Assembly: GCF_964194155.1 (NCBI RefSeq)
Contig: NC_135916.1
Location: 1,612,001-1,676,000, forward strand
Direction of reading: 5' to 3'
Origin: Cetorhinus maximus
Taxonomy: Eukaryota
DNA: 64,000 nucleotides
Below, one piece after another: positions 11,130 to 24,745 of this stretch. Under the pieces are notes generated by a model. That model was not told where the DNA came from. It searched no databases and saw only the letters and a program-made list of their open reading frames with translations. The position numbers and the translations under genes were made by a program. Positions within the stretch are counted from its first letter, which is position 1, and each line of letters opens with the position of its first letter.

Positions 11130-12672
11130 GAAGAATAGATATGAAAGTGACTCCATGGGGTACCGCAGGGATCAGTGTTTCGGCCTCAGCTGTTCACAAT
11201 ATATTACCATAATTTGCATGAGGAAACCAGAAGTATTATTTCCAAGTTTGCTGACGACATGAAACTTGGTGGGGATGTGAGTGGTGGGGAGGGTGTCACG
11301 TGGATTCAAGGCCATTTAGACAAGTTGATTGAGTGGGCAAATACATGGCAGATGCTTTAAAACATCGATTATGAACATAAGAACAGAAGAAATAGGAACA
11401 GGAGAAGGCCATTTGGCCCCTCGAGCCTGCCTCATCATTCAATAAGATCATGGCTGATTTCTTTGTGTTTCAATCCCCATATTATCATCTACCCCCATAA
11501 CCTTTGATTCCCTTGCCTATTAAGAATCTATCTACCTCTGCCTTAAAAGATCTCAATGACCCTGCCTCCACTACGTTCTGAGGCAGAGATTTCCAAAGTC
11601 ACACAGCCCTCTGAGAGAGAAAAAAATATCCTCACCCATGTCCAAAAAGGGCGATATCTAATTTAGAAACAGTGCCCCCTATTTCAGGAAACATCCTTTC
11701 AGGTATCCGCAACTTCAAGGCCACTCAGGATCTTGTATACATCAATCAATCACCCCTCACTCTTCTGAGACCCAGTGGAAACAAGCACAGTCTGTCCAAC
11801 CTTTTCTTATAAGACATCCCACTCATTCTAGGTAACTATCTAGTAAAGCTTCTCTGAACCACCTCCAATCAGTTTGAAGTTATCCACATCAGTTGAAAAG
11901 ACAGCATGGGAGAGTGTTATTTACATGGTGATAGACTGGGAAAGGTTGAAGTAAAAAGGGAGCTGGGTACCCGTGCACAACAATCACTGAGAGCAAGCAT
12001 GCAGGTGCACGTAGCACTTAAGAAGGCAAATGATATGTTGGCCTTCATCATGACATGGTTGATTGCAGGAGCAAGGATGTCTAACTGCAGCTATACAGGG
12101 CCTTGGCAAGACCACTCCTGGAGTATTGTGTGCAGTTTTGGTCTCCTTACCTAAGGGAGGATATATTTATCATAAGAGGAGTGCAGCGAAGATTCACCAG
12201 AGTGATTCCGGAGATGGCAGGATTGTCCTCTGAGGAGAGTTTGGGTCAAGTAGGCCTGTTTTCACTGGAGTTTAAAAGGATGAGAGGGGGTCTCAATGAA
12301 AGGTGTAACATTCTGACAGGGCTGGACAGATTGGGTGCAGGGATGATGTTTCCTCTGGCTGGGGGTCTAGAACAAGGGGTCACAATCTCAGGATGCAGGG
12401 TAGATGGTATAGAACTGAGATGAGGAGAAACTTCTTCAATCAGAGGGTGGTAAACCTGTGCAATTCTCTATGATAGAACACTGTGAAAGGCAAGTCACGG
12501 AATATATTTAAGAGCGAAATGGATTGATTTCAAGACTCCAAAGGGACAAGGCTATGATAACAGTGTGGTTGGATGGTGTTGAGATATAGGGCAGCCATGA
12601 TTAAATTGAATGGCAGAGCAGGCTCAACAGGGCAAATGACCTACTCCTGCTCCTAATTTCTCTCTTTCCATG
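11130..12672 (+). mobile_element. Decayed CR1 LINE 3' portion (RT and 3'UTR), interrupted by an inverted CR1 fragment
   Basis: ISKFADD and RPLLEYCVQFWSPYLR motifs; 3'UTR ..ggcaaatgacctactcctgctccta. Confidence 0.9.
11372..11870 (-). mobile_element. CR1 3' fragment nested in the opposite orientation
   Basis: Begins aacataagaacagaagaaataggaacaggagaaggcc, the reverse complement of a CR1 3' tail (compare 16240-16284). Confidence 0.8.
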
Positions 12673-12924
12673 CCTGATATGTGATAATGGATTTCAGCTG
12701 TACCAGTTAGTTAATGTTTGGGATCTGTGTATTTTGTTCTGTATTCATATCTCTGATTTGCAAGTGATATATTTTGCTCTGTTCCAGTTAATTTCTGATG
12801 AACTGAACAGTGCTTCTGGTCAGAACCTGTTGATTTCTCCGATTTGAATATGGGATTTCCTTTGTCCTTGTCAGTTTATGGCATGAAGGTTTAAATCTGC
12901 AGCTAATGCAAATTCCAAATACGG

Positions 12925-13130
12925 TGGATATTGGAAATCTCAAGAAGAAAAATCAAACATGCTGGAAATACTGAGCAGATCTGGCAACATTTGTGGAGAC
13001 AGAAACAAAATTGCAATTTTTTTGAAAACTCCGACCTGATGAAGCGTCATTGACCTGAAATGTTCAGTCTTGTTTTTTTCTCCACAGATGCTCCCAAACT
13101 CGCTGATTATTCCCCACATTTTCTTTGTTT
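12925..13130. mobile_element. Penelope-derived hairpin element with a hammerhead-like core
   Basis: Imperfect inverted arms (ctggcaacatttgtggaga / tctccacagatgct) around CTGATGA...GAAA at 13036-13060. Confidence 0.65.
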
Positions 13131-14669
13131 GTCCCCCATATATGTTATTTCCAGCAAGTGCATCTGGCAGTTTCTAATGGTTAATTTTGGCTTTCATTTT
13201 GACAGTTTGCAATAATTGAATGGAGATTTTGCTCTGTAACTCTCAGTTGTTACTTTGTGTGTATCTGTGTTTTCCGTACCTGCCAGTTTCGAGTATGTGA
13301 GGATTTATTTGTACTGCAAATTTTATATTGTGCCAAGTGGATGTGTATCCCTTAGCTTTTCTTCAATTACTGTGATTTTAATTCTTTACAGTCTGTGAAT
13401 TAGGATTCAACACTGTTCCCTGTTATTTGCTCGTGTGACTGTATTGTTCCCAACATACGTGTAATTGCTGCTGGCCTTTACTATGCATATGTCAGTCTCT
13501 GTAATGTGAGTGTAGCTATTACTCTCTACTTGCTTGTGCCTGATTTGTGAGTATATGTTTGAGTTTTTTTGCCTGCTTCTGACATGGAATGTGTGTTTTA
13601 CTATTAACTCTCATTTGCTAAGATGTGTGTATGTGGGTGGATCTAATCCTGTACCTGTACCTCTGTGATATATCAGCGTGACTGTATATCCCCCCCTAAC
13701 ATTTCAGGGTCACATATGTGAGCATGAAAATGATCCTGTGTCCTTAGTTTATTGTAAATGAGTGAGGATTTAATCATTTAATGTCTGTCCTCTGTATGAG
13801 AATGTAGGGTTCATTCTGTCCTTAACAGATTCTAGTATTGGATAATTGTCTTTTTTCTCTGTCTGTCTGCCTGTCATATGTCTTGTCAGTTTTCTTGTGA
13901 ACCCGTCAGGCACCGTTATTTGAGCCTGAGTCTGAGGTTGCATTTTCAATTTTATTTGAGCTCCTGACCTTTACTTCCCTGTATCCCTCCGTTTTTGGTA
14001 TGTGATGAGTAGTTTTATTCAGGACCTTACACATTTGAAGTCATGTTTATGTGTGTTTTTCCTGTATCTATCAATGTCTGTTATTTGAGTAAGAGTGTTC
14101 CTCCCTTTTTAACAGTTCAGTTCTGGAAGAGTTGGTTTAATTCTGTATCACTCTGCCTTGAATGTGTTGTTGATGATACATTATCACTCTCGGTCTCTGT
14201 TATGGAAATCCATATTTTTTGTGTTTCTAGCAGTCTCTGCTAAGTGAGAGGTGTTAATATGTTCTCTGTACTTGTCATTATGTATTTGGTGACATAAGGT
14301 TTAATATCTTTTCGTTTTTTGAATTGCATTTTCACTAATATCTCTCATTATCCAGTATAATTTATGCATTTTAATTTCATACCAGTCAGTTTCTAGTATT
14401 TGAGTGTGATTTCACTCGGTATCTTTCTGTCTCTTGCATGCGTGCCTTGGTGAAACTTATTTTCAACCTGCCAGTGTCTGGTATGTTTTATATTTATATG
14501 TCAGCCATTTTTCAGTGAATGTGACTTTTATTTTGTGTGTTTTTAGTGCTTTCACTTTTATATATTTTTGTAAATTAGGTAACTGGAACAGAATCTTAAC
14601 CTGCAGTCAATCAGTTGTGTGTCACTATCCTGTTACATTTGACTAAGTGTCTAATGTTTACTGCACCTT

Positions 14670-16284
14670 CAATAGAGAAAATAACTGAGCAAACTATTGG
14701 GATTAAAGGGTGACAAGTCCCCAGCACCTGATGGCCTACATCCCAGGGTCTTAAAGGAAGTGGCAGCATAGATAGTGAATGCATTGGCTATAATATTCCA
14801 AAATTCCCTGGATTCTGGAAAGGTTCCAGTGGTTTGGAAAGATGCTCACATAATGCCCTTATTCAAAAAGGGGGGGAGGGAGAAAGTAGTAAACTATAGA
14901 CCAGTTAGTATAACGTCTGTCATTGGGAAATTGTTGGAATCCATTATTAAGGAAGAAGTAATGGTGCATTTGGAAAGTCAAAATGCAATCCATCAGAGTC
15001 AGCATGGTTTTATGAAGAGTAAATCGTGCTTGACTAATTTGCTAGAGTTCTTTGAAGATGTGTCAAGCAAAGTGGGTAACGGGGATCCTGTAGATGTTGT
15101 ATATCTGTACTTCAAGAAGGCCTTTGATAAGGTGCTGCACAAAAGACTAATACGCAAGTTAAGATCACAGAAGATTAGGGGTAATGTATTAGTTTGGATA
15201 GAGGATTGGCTAACCAACAGAAAGCAGAGATTCGGGAAAAATGTGTATTTTTCTGGATGGCAAGTTGTGGGGTGCCACAGGGTTTGGTCAATGGGCCCCA
15301 TTTATTTTCAATCTATATTAATGATTTGGATTTAGGCATAGAAGTTCCGATAGCTAAATTTTTCAGACGACACCAAAATAGGTGGGAAAGTAAGTTGCAA
15401 TGAAGAAATAACAAATTTTCAAATGGATATGGACAGGTTAGCTGAAAGGGCAATTTGAATTTAACGTGGATAAGTGTGAGTTTATCCATTTTTGTTGGAA
15501 GAATAAAAAGGCGACTTATTATTTAAATGGAGAGAAACTGCAGAATGCTTCAGTGCAGAGGGATCTGGGTGACCTCGTGCATGAATCGCTAAAAGCTAAT
15601 ATGCAGGTACAGCAGGTAATAAGGAAGGCAGATGGAATATTGGCATTTATTACTAAAGGAAAAGAGTATAAAAATAGGCAAGTATTGCTGCAACTGTACA
15701 AGGCATTGGTGAGACCGCACCTGGAGTACTGTGCTCAGTTTTGGTCCCCTTACTTGAGGACCGATGTAGTTGCACTGGAGGCAGTTCAGAGGAGGTTCAC
15801 TAGATTGATTCCAGAGATGTGGGGCTGGTCTTATGAGGAGTGATTAAGCAGTTTAGGCCTATACTCGCTGGAGTATAAAAGGATGAGAGGAAATCTAATT
15901 GAGGTATATAAGATTCCAAAGGGAATCGACAAAATAGACGAGGAGTGGTAGATTCACCTTGTGGGGCACTCTAGAACGAGAGTCCATAGTTTTAGGCTAA
16001 GGGGTGGTAGATTTAAATCAGTGATGTGGAGGAATTACTTTTCTCAAAAGGTCATGAATCTGTGGAATTCACTGCCACAGAGTGCAATGGAAGCCGGGGC
16101 ACTGAATAAATTAAAGGAGGAGATAGACAGATTTTTAATTAGTAACGGGTTGAAAGGTCATGAGGAGAGGGCGGGAAATTGGAGTTGAAGTCGAAATAAG
16201 ATCAGCCATGATTGTATTGAATGGTGGGGCAGGCTTGAGGGGCTGAATTGCCTACTCCTGCTCCTAGTTCTTATGTTCTTATGA
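14670..16284 (+). mobile_element. CR1 LINE, 5'-truncated, frameshifted RT
   Basis: NYRPVSITS, QHGF..KSCLTNL, KKAFDKV and RPHLEYCAQFWSP motifs; tail ttcttatgttcttatg. Confidence 0.93.
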
Positions 16285-16419
16285 ACTACCAATGTATATA
16301 GTCCTGCTAATATTCAGCTGCGTATGTTTAAATTACTACCGTAATACCTGCTTCTTAACTACCAGACCAGCACTTAATTACTTAGATGCTGTCAATGATC
16401 CATGTATATACTCACAGAT

Positions 16420-16740
16420 GATTCTTGTGTGTTTGTCTGTGTGTGTGTGTGTAAGTATTTGTGTCTGCAGGTGTGAATGTTTGTGAAAATCTGCATGACT
16501 GTGTGTGTCGGAGAGAAAGTGCAAGTTTGTTACTGTGTGCATTTATTTATGCAAGTGTGTGTTTGTGCGTCTGTGTGTGTGAGGGCCTGTGTGTATGTTT
16601 GTGTGCATGTGTGTGATTTTTTATGTGTGTATGTTTGTGTATGTGTGCAACAGATGGTGTGTACATTTGTGTATATGTATGTTTGTCTGTGTGTATTAGT
16701 GCAAGAACCCGCGAGTGTGTGAGTGTTTGTGTGGCAGTGT
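16420..16740. repeat. Degenerate (TG)n low-complexity tract
   Basis: Interrupted TG dinucleotide runs; paralog at ~8400-8570. Confidence 0.85.
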
Positions 16741-18973
16741 GCAGGGCTCATTTCCCATTTGTCTTTCTCTGGTACAGGATGCAGCTTTGGAATTAATTTT
16801 AATGAAATTTAAGTGTCTACCCTGTGACCATTACCTATGTTGCAATTAATTCCCTAAATCTCAGTTATTATACTGTTTGTGTATCTCAAATTTATCCTCT
16901 GTGTATATAACTCCATTATTGTACATGTGAAGGTTTCTTCTGTACATAACATGTATCACATTAATAATTCTGAAAACTATTTCTCCAATGCATTAATCTA
17001 TTACTGTTTCCTAGCTCTGTTGCAAATTTTAAAATGAAACTTTGCATTTATCAAAGACCGGTTTTATTCTTTTATTTAATGTGAACTAAGGTATAGCATT
17101 CAGGCTGCAACTCAGCAAAAGTATTTGTGAATGATAATGAGACGCTTGAATTCACATGCTGTGTATGTCAAATCTGATTGATTCAGTGTGTAATGATCTT
17201 ACGTTATGAATCATAGTGAGAATATTAAACCGGCATGTGTTGTGTATCCATGACGTATTAATTAAAATTACACTTTCTCTTTATTTTAGATATAGTATGA
17301 GATCTTTGGAGAGGGATTCAATGTGTTCCTCTGTGAGAACCTATGTACATTCTACAGATTAATTTTGTACATTTCAGTCAGTTGCACTATCTGTAGCTAA
17401 GACTGCACTCTTCTGAAATGAATGAGGTGCCTTTCAATCTGATAGTGTTTGTGGTTTTGGACTGAGATTGATGGACCTACCATTCTGCGGTGCTCAGTGA
17501 GTGTGAATTGGGGAGAAATATTCTGTCTCCCCTGTTGTATTTGACTGTTGCGTTGAACACGTCTATCTGAAACTTGAGATCAATGTGAATCTGATTCCTG
17601 CTCTCAGTGATGGTGGAACTGCTGTTCTGTCTGTGCTCTTTGAACAATAATGTACCTATGTCAATTCGAAGCAAAGAGCTGCACGATTATTTTAGATGGG
17701 AAATCTGTAGCTTGGCGTTGGGGCTCAAGGAGAAATGGTAGCCCAATGTCATATAATTTTGAGATTGCAGGTAAGTGTGTGTCTGTGCATGTGTGTGTGT
17801 GTGTGCGTGTACATTTACCTGCCGGTCTTTAGTATAGAAGAAATTTATTTCTTCTCCACTATTTATATTCCGCTATGTGAATGTGGGATCACACTGTATC
17901 TTTCACTTTTTAATATCTTACTATGGGGTTTATTTGTTTCCTGCCTGTGAATGGGGATTCCAAAATGCACCTAGTTATTTGCTGCTGTGTGACTGTGTGA
18001 TTTCTTCTATGAATGTTTGTAATTGATTCTGGGCTTTACTCTGGATCATTGACTCTCTGTAATGCATTTGTGGCTATTACTCAGCACCTGCCTGTGCCTG
18101 ATTTGCGAGTAAGCATCTTACTTTCACTGTTTCTGACGTGTAATGCATATTTTTACTCATTGCCTCTTAGTTACAGGTATGTGGATTTGCATATTATGTT
18201 CTGTATCTGCAATGCTGTGAAATGTCAGTGTGATTCATTTTCCTGTTCTTTGTGTCAGGATCAGAAATGTGAGCATGGAAAAATTATTTCAAATGAGTGA
18301 GACTTTACTCATTTGCTGTCAATCCCTGGTATGAGAAGGTTTAGTCTATGCCTATGATATTCTTGTGTGCGAGTATTGTCTTTTCCCATGGTCTGCATGC
18401 ACCTTGTAGGCCATTGTCGATTTTGCTGTGAACATGTCAGCCTGTATTACTTAAGTGTGATATTCACATTGCAGCTTTCAATTTAGTGTGTGAGCAAGGA
18501 CCTCCCCCCACACTAACATCCCCTGCACTACCCCTGACTGTATCTCTTGGTCTTTCATACAGGCTGTTATGTTTTAGTCAGCAACTTATGAGTTTTGATG
18601 CATTTTCAGGTCTGATATTACTGTAGCTATCAACATCTGATTTCTCGGTACCCAACCTCTTCCTATTTTGAAAAGTCTGGCATGGCAAAATTGATTATAT
18701 TCAACACCCCTCTATCTCTGGAATGTGTCTGTGGTTTTATAATTTAAGTGTCTGCCCCTCTTACGGGAATGTAGCTTTCTTCTGTATCTGTCAGTCCCTC
18801 CTATGAGAGTGGTGTTATGTTATTCACTGTACTTGTCAATGTCTGCTTTGTGAGTTAAGTTTTAAACTTTCTTGTTTGTAGAGATCTGTCGATATAACTA
18901 TTCTGAAAATATTGCTCTGGCATGTGATGTGTATTCATGACTGTATTAATGAATAAGTACTTTATCATTACCA

Positions 18974-19462
18974 GGAGCAGGTGATGGCGTAGTTGTATTG
19001 TCATTGGACTAGTAATCTGGAGAGGCAGGGTAATGCTCTGGGTTCGAACCCTGACACTGCAGTTGGTGTAATTTAAAATCAATAAAAATATGAATTGAAT
19101 TAATGATCACTATGAAACCATTGTCGATTTTGGTAAAAACCCTTCTGGTTCACTAATATCCTTTAGAGAATGAAATCTGTCGTCCATGTACATGTGACTC
19201 TACACCCACAATTAAATGCTCTCAGAAATGGCCTAGCTAGCCACTCAATTGTAACAAATGGCTACAAAAAGATCATCGACAATGGCAATCTCAGCCCTGT
19301 CCTCCCTGAGGGACAAGGGCAGCAGATCGATGATAACACCGCCACCTGGAAATTCCCCTACAGGTGCCTCACCATTCTGAGATGGAAATATGCTGCCTTC
19401 CCAAGGGCAACTAAATGCTGTCCCAGCCAGCAAAGCAAACAACTCAAGAATGAATAAAATAA
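18974..19462 (+). mobile_element. tRNA-derived SINE with a LINE-like tail
   Basis: A-box-like TGGCGTAGTTG, B-box GGTTCGAACCC at 19041-19051, A-rich end. Paralog at 32011-32640. Confidence 0.8.
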
Positions 19463-20382
19463 ATGTATGATACTGTGTGAGATCTTTGGTGTTGAGTCTA
19501 TTGCATTGCTTTATGAATGCTGGGTACATTCAAGGATTAATTCAGTGAATTTCAATCAGCTTTATTACCTGACATTTAAATTGCAGCCAATGTTCCACTC
19601 TTGTGACATGAATGGAGCGTGCTTCAATCTGATATTGGTTGTGAGTTTGGACTGAAATTGGTGGACCTGCCATTCAGAGGTACTGAGTAGGAGTGTATTG
19701 TGATTATTCCAACCATCTCCCCAACCCCGCCTGCCTTCTGAGCGTTTGACTATTGGATTAAGCACATGTATCTGGTATGAATTCCATTTGATTCTGACTA
19801 TTTCTGTCCGTGGTGATGGTGGAAATGATGTTCTGTCTGTATCTCTGCACTCTGTGAGTAATATCATACCTGCTGTCAGTAAGAATGAGATGGCTGCACT
19901 TTTATTTTGGTTGGGAAATCAACAGCTTGAAAACCATCCCTTCATGTATTTGCCTAGAGGTAGAAACATATCTCTTGTAAGTAAAGATCTGCTGAGGTTT
20001 TGAAAGAAAATAGATCAACGTAACCTGTCAACTGATAATCAATTTTATTAATGCGCTACAAATTATAAAGAATAATAAAAAAGTACAGTCTCTGATTCCA
20101 CTTCAGCAATCTGCTTTGGTACTTTTCAAACATTTGAGTAAAATTCAGAAACAGTCCTGACCTGTCCTGCTCCAAGGATGTCACTACCCGAGGGGACAGG
20201 TACATTGATGCAGGTCAGGTTTCAATCTCCAGCTCCCACTGTAAGAGCCGTCAACTGAAACCAACAGCCGCTGCGACAATGTTTCTTTAACACTTATCAC
20301 TTGAAAAGCTGGTGCCTGCGATGGGTGATATTTACATGATTGTTCCCCATCCTCTCTGTCCGCCTGTTTCCACTGTTCACTG

Positions 20383-21065
20383 TCCAAATGCCGACAAGTT
20401 GCATGAATCAGCAGCTATACTTGGAATATGCATTACAGGATTGAGGGGAGGATATCCCAATAGTTTTCAATTGCAGCTTGCTCAGGTTGTGTCTCCCTCA
20501 GCAGGGCCACACACAGCCCCAGAAAGGACTCTCCCCGTCCACCCGCTCACTCCAAGTTCCGGAACACGTTCCCGCTCCGCTCCGCCTCTTACAAACAGCC
20601 CCCGGTTCCCCCTGAACTTACCACGAGTCAATGATGATTTCTGTGTCCACACTGACAAACCGGTGCCCTGCTGGAATCAGAACGCTGTTTACTCGCTTAC
20701 CCGGGCCCTAAGATTTCCATTTCTATCTGTTTGAAACAAAGGTCTCCCGCTCACTGAGTGAAAAGCTTCAATGGCGGAGTCTGGGAGAAGCGAAGCGCAT
20801 GCGCTCTTCTAGCCATGTCTGAGGAGTTGAACGAGGGCGGGAATGCGCACGCGCTTCTCTGAATTAAACGTCACAAAACAAACGTCATTTGCTCCACCCC
20901 TCAGTCAATGTTCTCCAGCTTGAGCATCACAATGGGTCTGTGTGGAACGGGCAGAGTTTCAGGCAGGTGGACGATTCCTGTATGAAGCTCAAACTGATAT
21001 CGCTCCCTGCAGCATCTTTGCTGTTCATTCACCGGTTTAGCAAATCAATCCGCCCAGTGAATCTA
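20383..21065. promoter_or_regulatory. NRF1-containing promoter-like island, copy 2
   Basis: GCGCATGCGC at 20795-20804; the ACTTAC minus-strand donor is conserved. Confidence 0.5.
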
Positions 21066-21227
21066 TGTCACAAAAAAAAACATAAAATGCTGGAAAAACT
21101 CAGCAGATCTGACGACATCTGTGCAGAGGAAGACTGTCTCCATCCCCGCCTCCCACATATGCTGAGGATATCCAGTATTTTTTGTTTTTGTTTCAGATTT
21201 CCAGCACCCGCAGATTGTTGCCTTTAT
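21066..21227. mobile_element. Short Penelope-derived hairpin insertion with a 13-bp TSD
   Basis: CCCAGTGAATCTA at 21053-21065 and 21228-21240; empty site at ~34131-34143. Confidence 0.8.
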
Positions 21228-21870
21228 CCCAGTGAATCTACTTGTTTGCTGTGACCGCGCAGAAATTCATATCTGATCCTAAAGAACCCAGTTTAACAGA
21301 ATCAGATTGAAACTGTCAGTCACTTAGTGTCATATCGAACAATTTTAGGCGAATTATTCCAGAGAGCTCCAGAGGTTATCGAAATTACATTTCGGATTCT
21401 ATTTTCTCACCCTCTGGCATTTCCCTGTTTGTGTGAAAGGAATGTGTCTACCTCTGGCCCATTATCAGCTGCAGCTGAATCGCCTCAACTCTCCCTATTG
21501 GGGATCTGTCAGTTTTAAATTAGTTTTACCGATCAGCTTCAGAATCTTCGGTTTTTCAAAAAGAAAACCTGTCAATCTTCTAAGATCCAATGATTATAAT
21601 TCAACTTGCTCATGATTCCCTCATCAGTCAACAATATCATTCCAGGAATCAACTCATTAACATTCACTGAACTATTTCAAGGGAAGTATATCGCTCTATG
21701 GTTCCAGCCGTTATTTACAACACAATTATTAATTGTGATGTGCGCATATTCTATTGAAACTCTGATAATATGTCTGCCTCTATCCGATGATAGATATGAG
21801 GGCCAATCGATGTTATGTTGACACATGGTAGTTACAGAGAGACTGCTCTCTCTCTCTTTCTCTCTCTCTC

Positions 21871-24745
21871 ACAGAAACACAGAATCAAAGTGCAAAATAG
21901 GCCCTTCGTACCCTCGATTCTGCACAGACACGTGAGAAACACCTGACCAACCAACCCTATCCCATTTACCATAAATTAGCACCTTGAATGTTATGACGTG
22001 CCAACTTATGCCCCTTTGTGACTGACCCTTCAAGTAAGGGGAACAGCTGCTCCCTATCCACCCTGTCCATGACCCTCAAAATCTTGTACAACTAGATCAG
22101 GTCGATCCTCTGGCTTCTCTGCTCCAACGGAAACAACACAAGTCTATCCAACCTCTCTTCATAACTTAAATGTTTCATCCCAGGCAACATCCTGGTGAAT
22201 CTCCTCTCCAACCCCTCCAGTGCAATCACATCCTTCCTATAATGTGGTGACCAGAACTGCACACAGTACTCCAGCTGTGGCCACACCAAGGTTCCATACA
22301 ACTCCAACATGACATCCCTACTTTTGTAATCTATGCCTCGATTAATCAAGGCAAGTTTCAGATATGCCTTTTTCAACACCCCACTAATGTGCCCCTCCTC
22401 ATTCAGAGATCTATGGACACGCATGCCAAGGTCCCTTTCTTCCTCAGAACTTCCTAGTGCCATGCCGTTCATTGAATACTTCATTGTCAAATTACTCCTT
22501 CCAAAGTGTATATCCTCACAATTTTCAGGGTTAAATTCCATCTGCCAATTATCTGCCCTTTTTACCATCCCATCTATATCTTCCTGTAGCCCAAGACACT
22601 CAACCCCACTGTTAACCACCCGGCCAATCGTTGTCTCATCTGCAAACTTACTAATCCTACCCCCCACATAGTCATCTATGTCGTTTATATAAATGACAAA
22701 TAATAGGGGACTGAGCATAGATCCCTGTGCTACGAAACTGGAAGCTGGTTTCCAGTCACTAAAGCATCCTTCTGTCATCATCCTCTGCCTCCCACAACTA
22801 AGCCAATTTTGAATCCGTCTTATCAAATTATCTTTTATCCCATGTACATTTGTCTTCTTTATTAGTCTCCCATGTGGGAATTTGTCAATGGCTTTGCTGA
22901 AATCCATGTAAAGTGCATCAACTGCACTACCCTCATCTACACACCTGGTCACCTCCTCAAAAAAGTCAAACAAATTTGTTAGGCATGACCTCCCTCTGAC
23001 AAAGCCATGCTTACTATCCCTGATCAAACCTTGCCTCTCAAAGTGCAGATAGATATTCTCCTTCAGAAATTTCTCCAATAGTTTCCCTAGCATTGACGTG
23101 AGTTTCACTGGCCTTTTGTTCACTAGCTTATCTCCACAACCCTTAAAAGCAGAACCACATTTGCTGTTCTCCAGTCCTCTGGCACCACCCCGTGGCCAGA
23201 GAGGAATTAAAAATTCGGGCCAGAGCCCCTCTCCTCCCTTGCCTCCCTCAGCAGTCTGGGACACAAATCAGCCGGACCTGGATATTTGTCCACTTTTAAG
23301 CCTGCCAACACCTCCAATGCCTTGTCACTCCCTATATCAATTTGCTCAAGAACCTCGCAGTCTCTCTCCCTGAGTTCGATACCTTCATCCTCATTCTCTT
23401 GTTTGAAGATGAATGTGAAGTATTCATTCAACACTCTAGTGATGTCCTCTGGCTCCACCCATAGATTGCCCCCTTTGTCAGATATGGGCCCTACTCATCC
23501 CCTGTTTATCCTCTTCCCATTGATATACTTATAGAATATCATGGGATTTTCCCTACTTTTGCCAGCCAGAGCTTTCTCATATCCCCTCTTTGTTCTCCTA
23601 ATTGCTTTCATAATCTCCACCCTGCACTGTCTGTACTCCACTATTGCCTCTGTTGATTTGCTCCCCTTGTACCTGCTAAAAGCCTCTCTTTTCCTTCTCA
23701 TCATAACCTGAATAACTCTGGTCACCCATAGTTCTCTGGGCTTGGTAATCCTTCCTATCACCATAGAGGGAACGTGTCGAGCCAGTACCCTCCCCATTTC
23801 ATTTTTGAATACCCCCCTCCGTTCCTCTGTACATGTCCCCACAACTAACTCTTCCCAGTTTGCCTTGGCCAGATCATGCCTTATTTTACTAAAATCCACT
23901 CTCCTCCAATTCAAAACATTTTTTTTTTGCAACTTGACGATTTCTATTTCCATAACAAACTTAATGTGTACAATGTTGTAGTCGCAATCGCTAAAATGCT
24001 CGCCCACCACCACTTCAGCCTCCTGTCCGACTTCATTCCCCTGAATTAGCTCCAGCTATGCACCATCACTTGTTGGACCATCTTCATATTGACCTAAAAA
24101 GTTCTCCTGTACACATTTCAAGAAATCCACTCCGTCCAAGCCCTTAAGACTATGTCTATCCCAATTAATTTTGGGAATGTTGAAATCACCTAATATAATT
24201 ACCCTATTGTTATTCTTTTTACACACCTTCCCAGATTGTGCACATAGTTGCTCCTCAATTTAACGCCAACTATCTGGGGGTCTATAATTAACACTTAATA
24301 ACGTGGTTGACCCTGTTTAATCCTAAACTCTACCAACAAAACCTCATTTGATGCATGCATTCTGCAGTAACTGACGCCTTATTTAATAATGCAACACCTC
24401 CTCCTCATTGACCACCTCCCCTCTCTCGTCTGAAGATGCTATATCCCGGAATATTGAGCTGCCAATCCTGCCCTTCCCTCAACCACGTCTCAGTGATGGC
24501 TACTATATCACAATTCCACGTGTCAAACCTCACACTTAACTCATCCGTTTTACCTGCAATATTCCTGGCACTAAAGTAGAGGCCATCCAGCCTTGCCTTA
24601 CTCCCTTGAAGCTTATTGCAGCTGTACTCCCTCTGACTTGATTGTTTTACTGGATTGTGCTGTGTTCTTATTCTGCTAAAATTCTGTGTTCCATCCCCCT
24701 GCCGAATTAGTCTGAACTTCTCCCAGTAGCACTAGCCTAACTGTG
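21871..24745 (-). mobile_element. CR1 LINE covering most of ORF2 (EN and RT), with stops and frameshifts
   Basis: ORF 22092-23264 has KHGFVRGRSCLTNL, DFSKA, ISKFADE and LEYCVQFWSPHYRKD. Endonuclease ETWL motif near 24480. Confidence 0.95.

Noticed and set aside
22092-23264. Functional reverse transcriptase gene
   Set aside because: Part of a CR1 with frameshifts and an altered catalytic motif (FADE).
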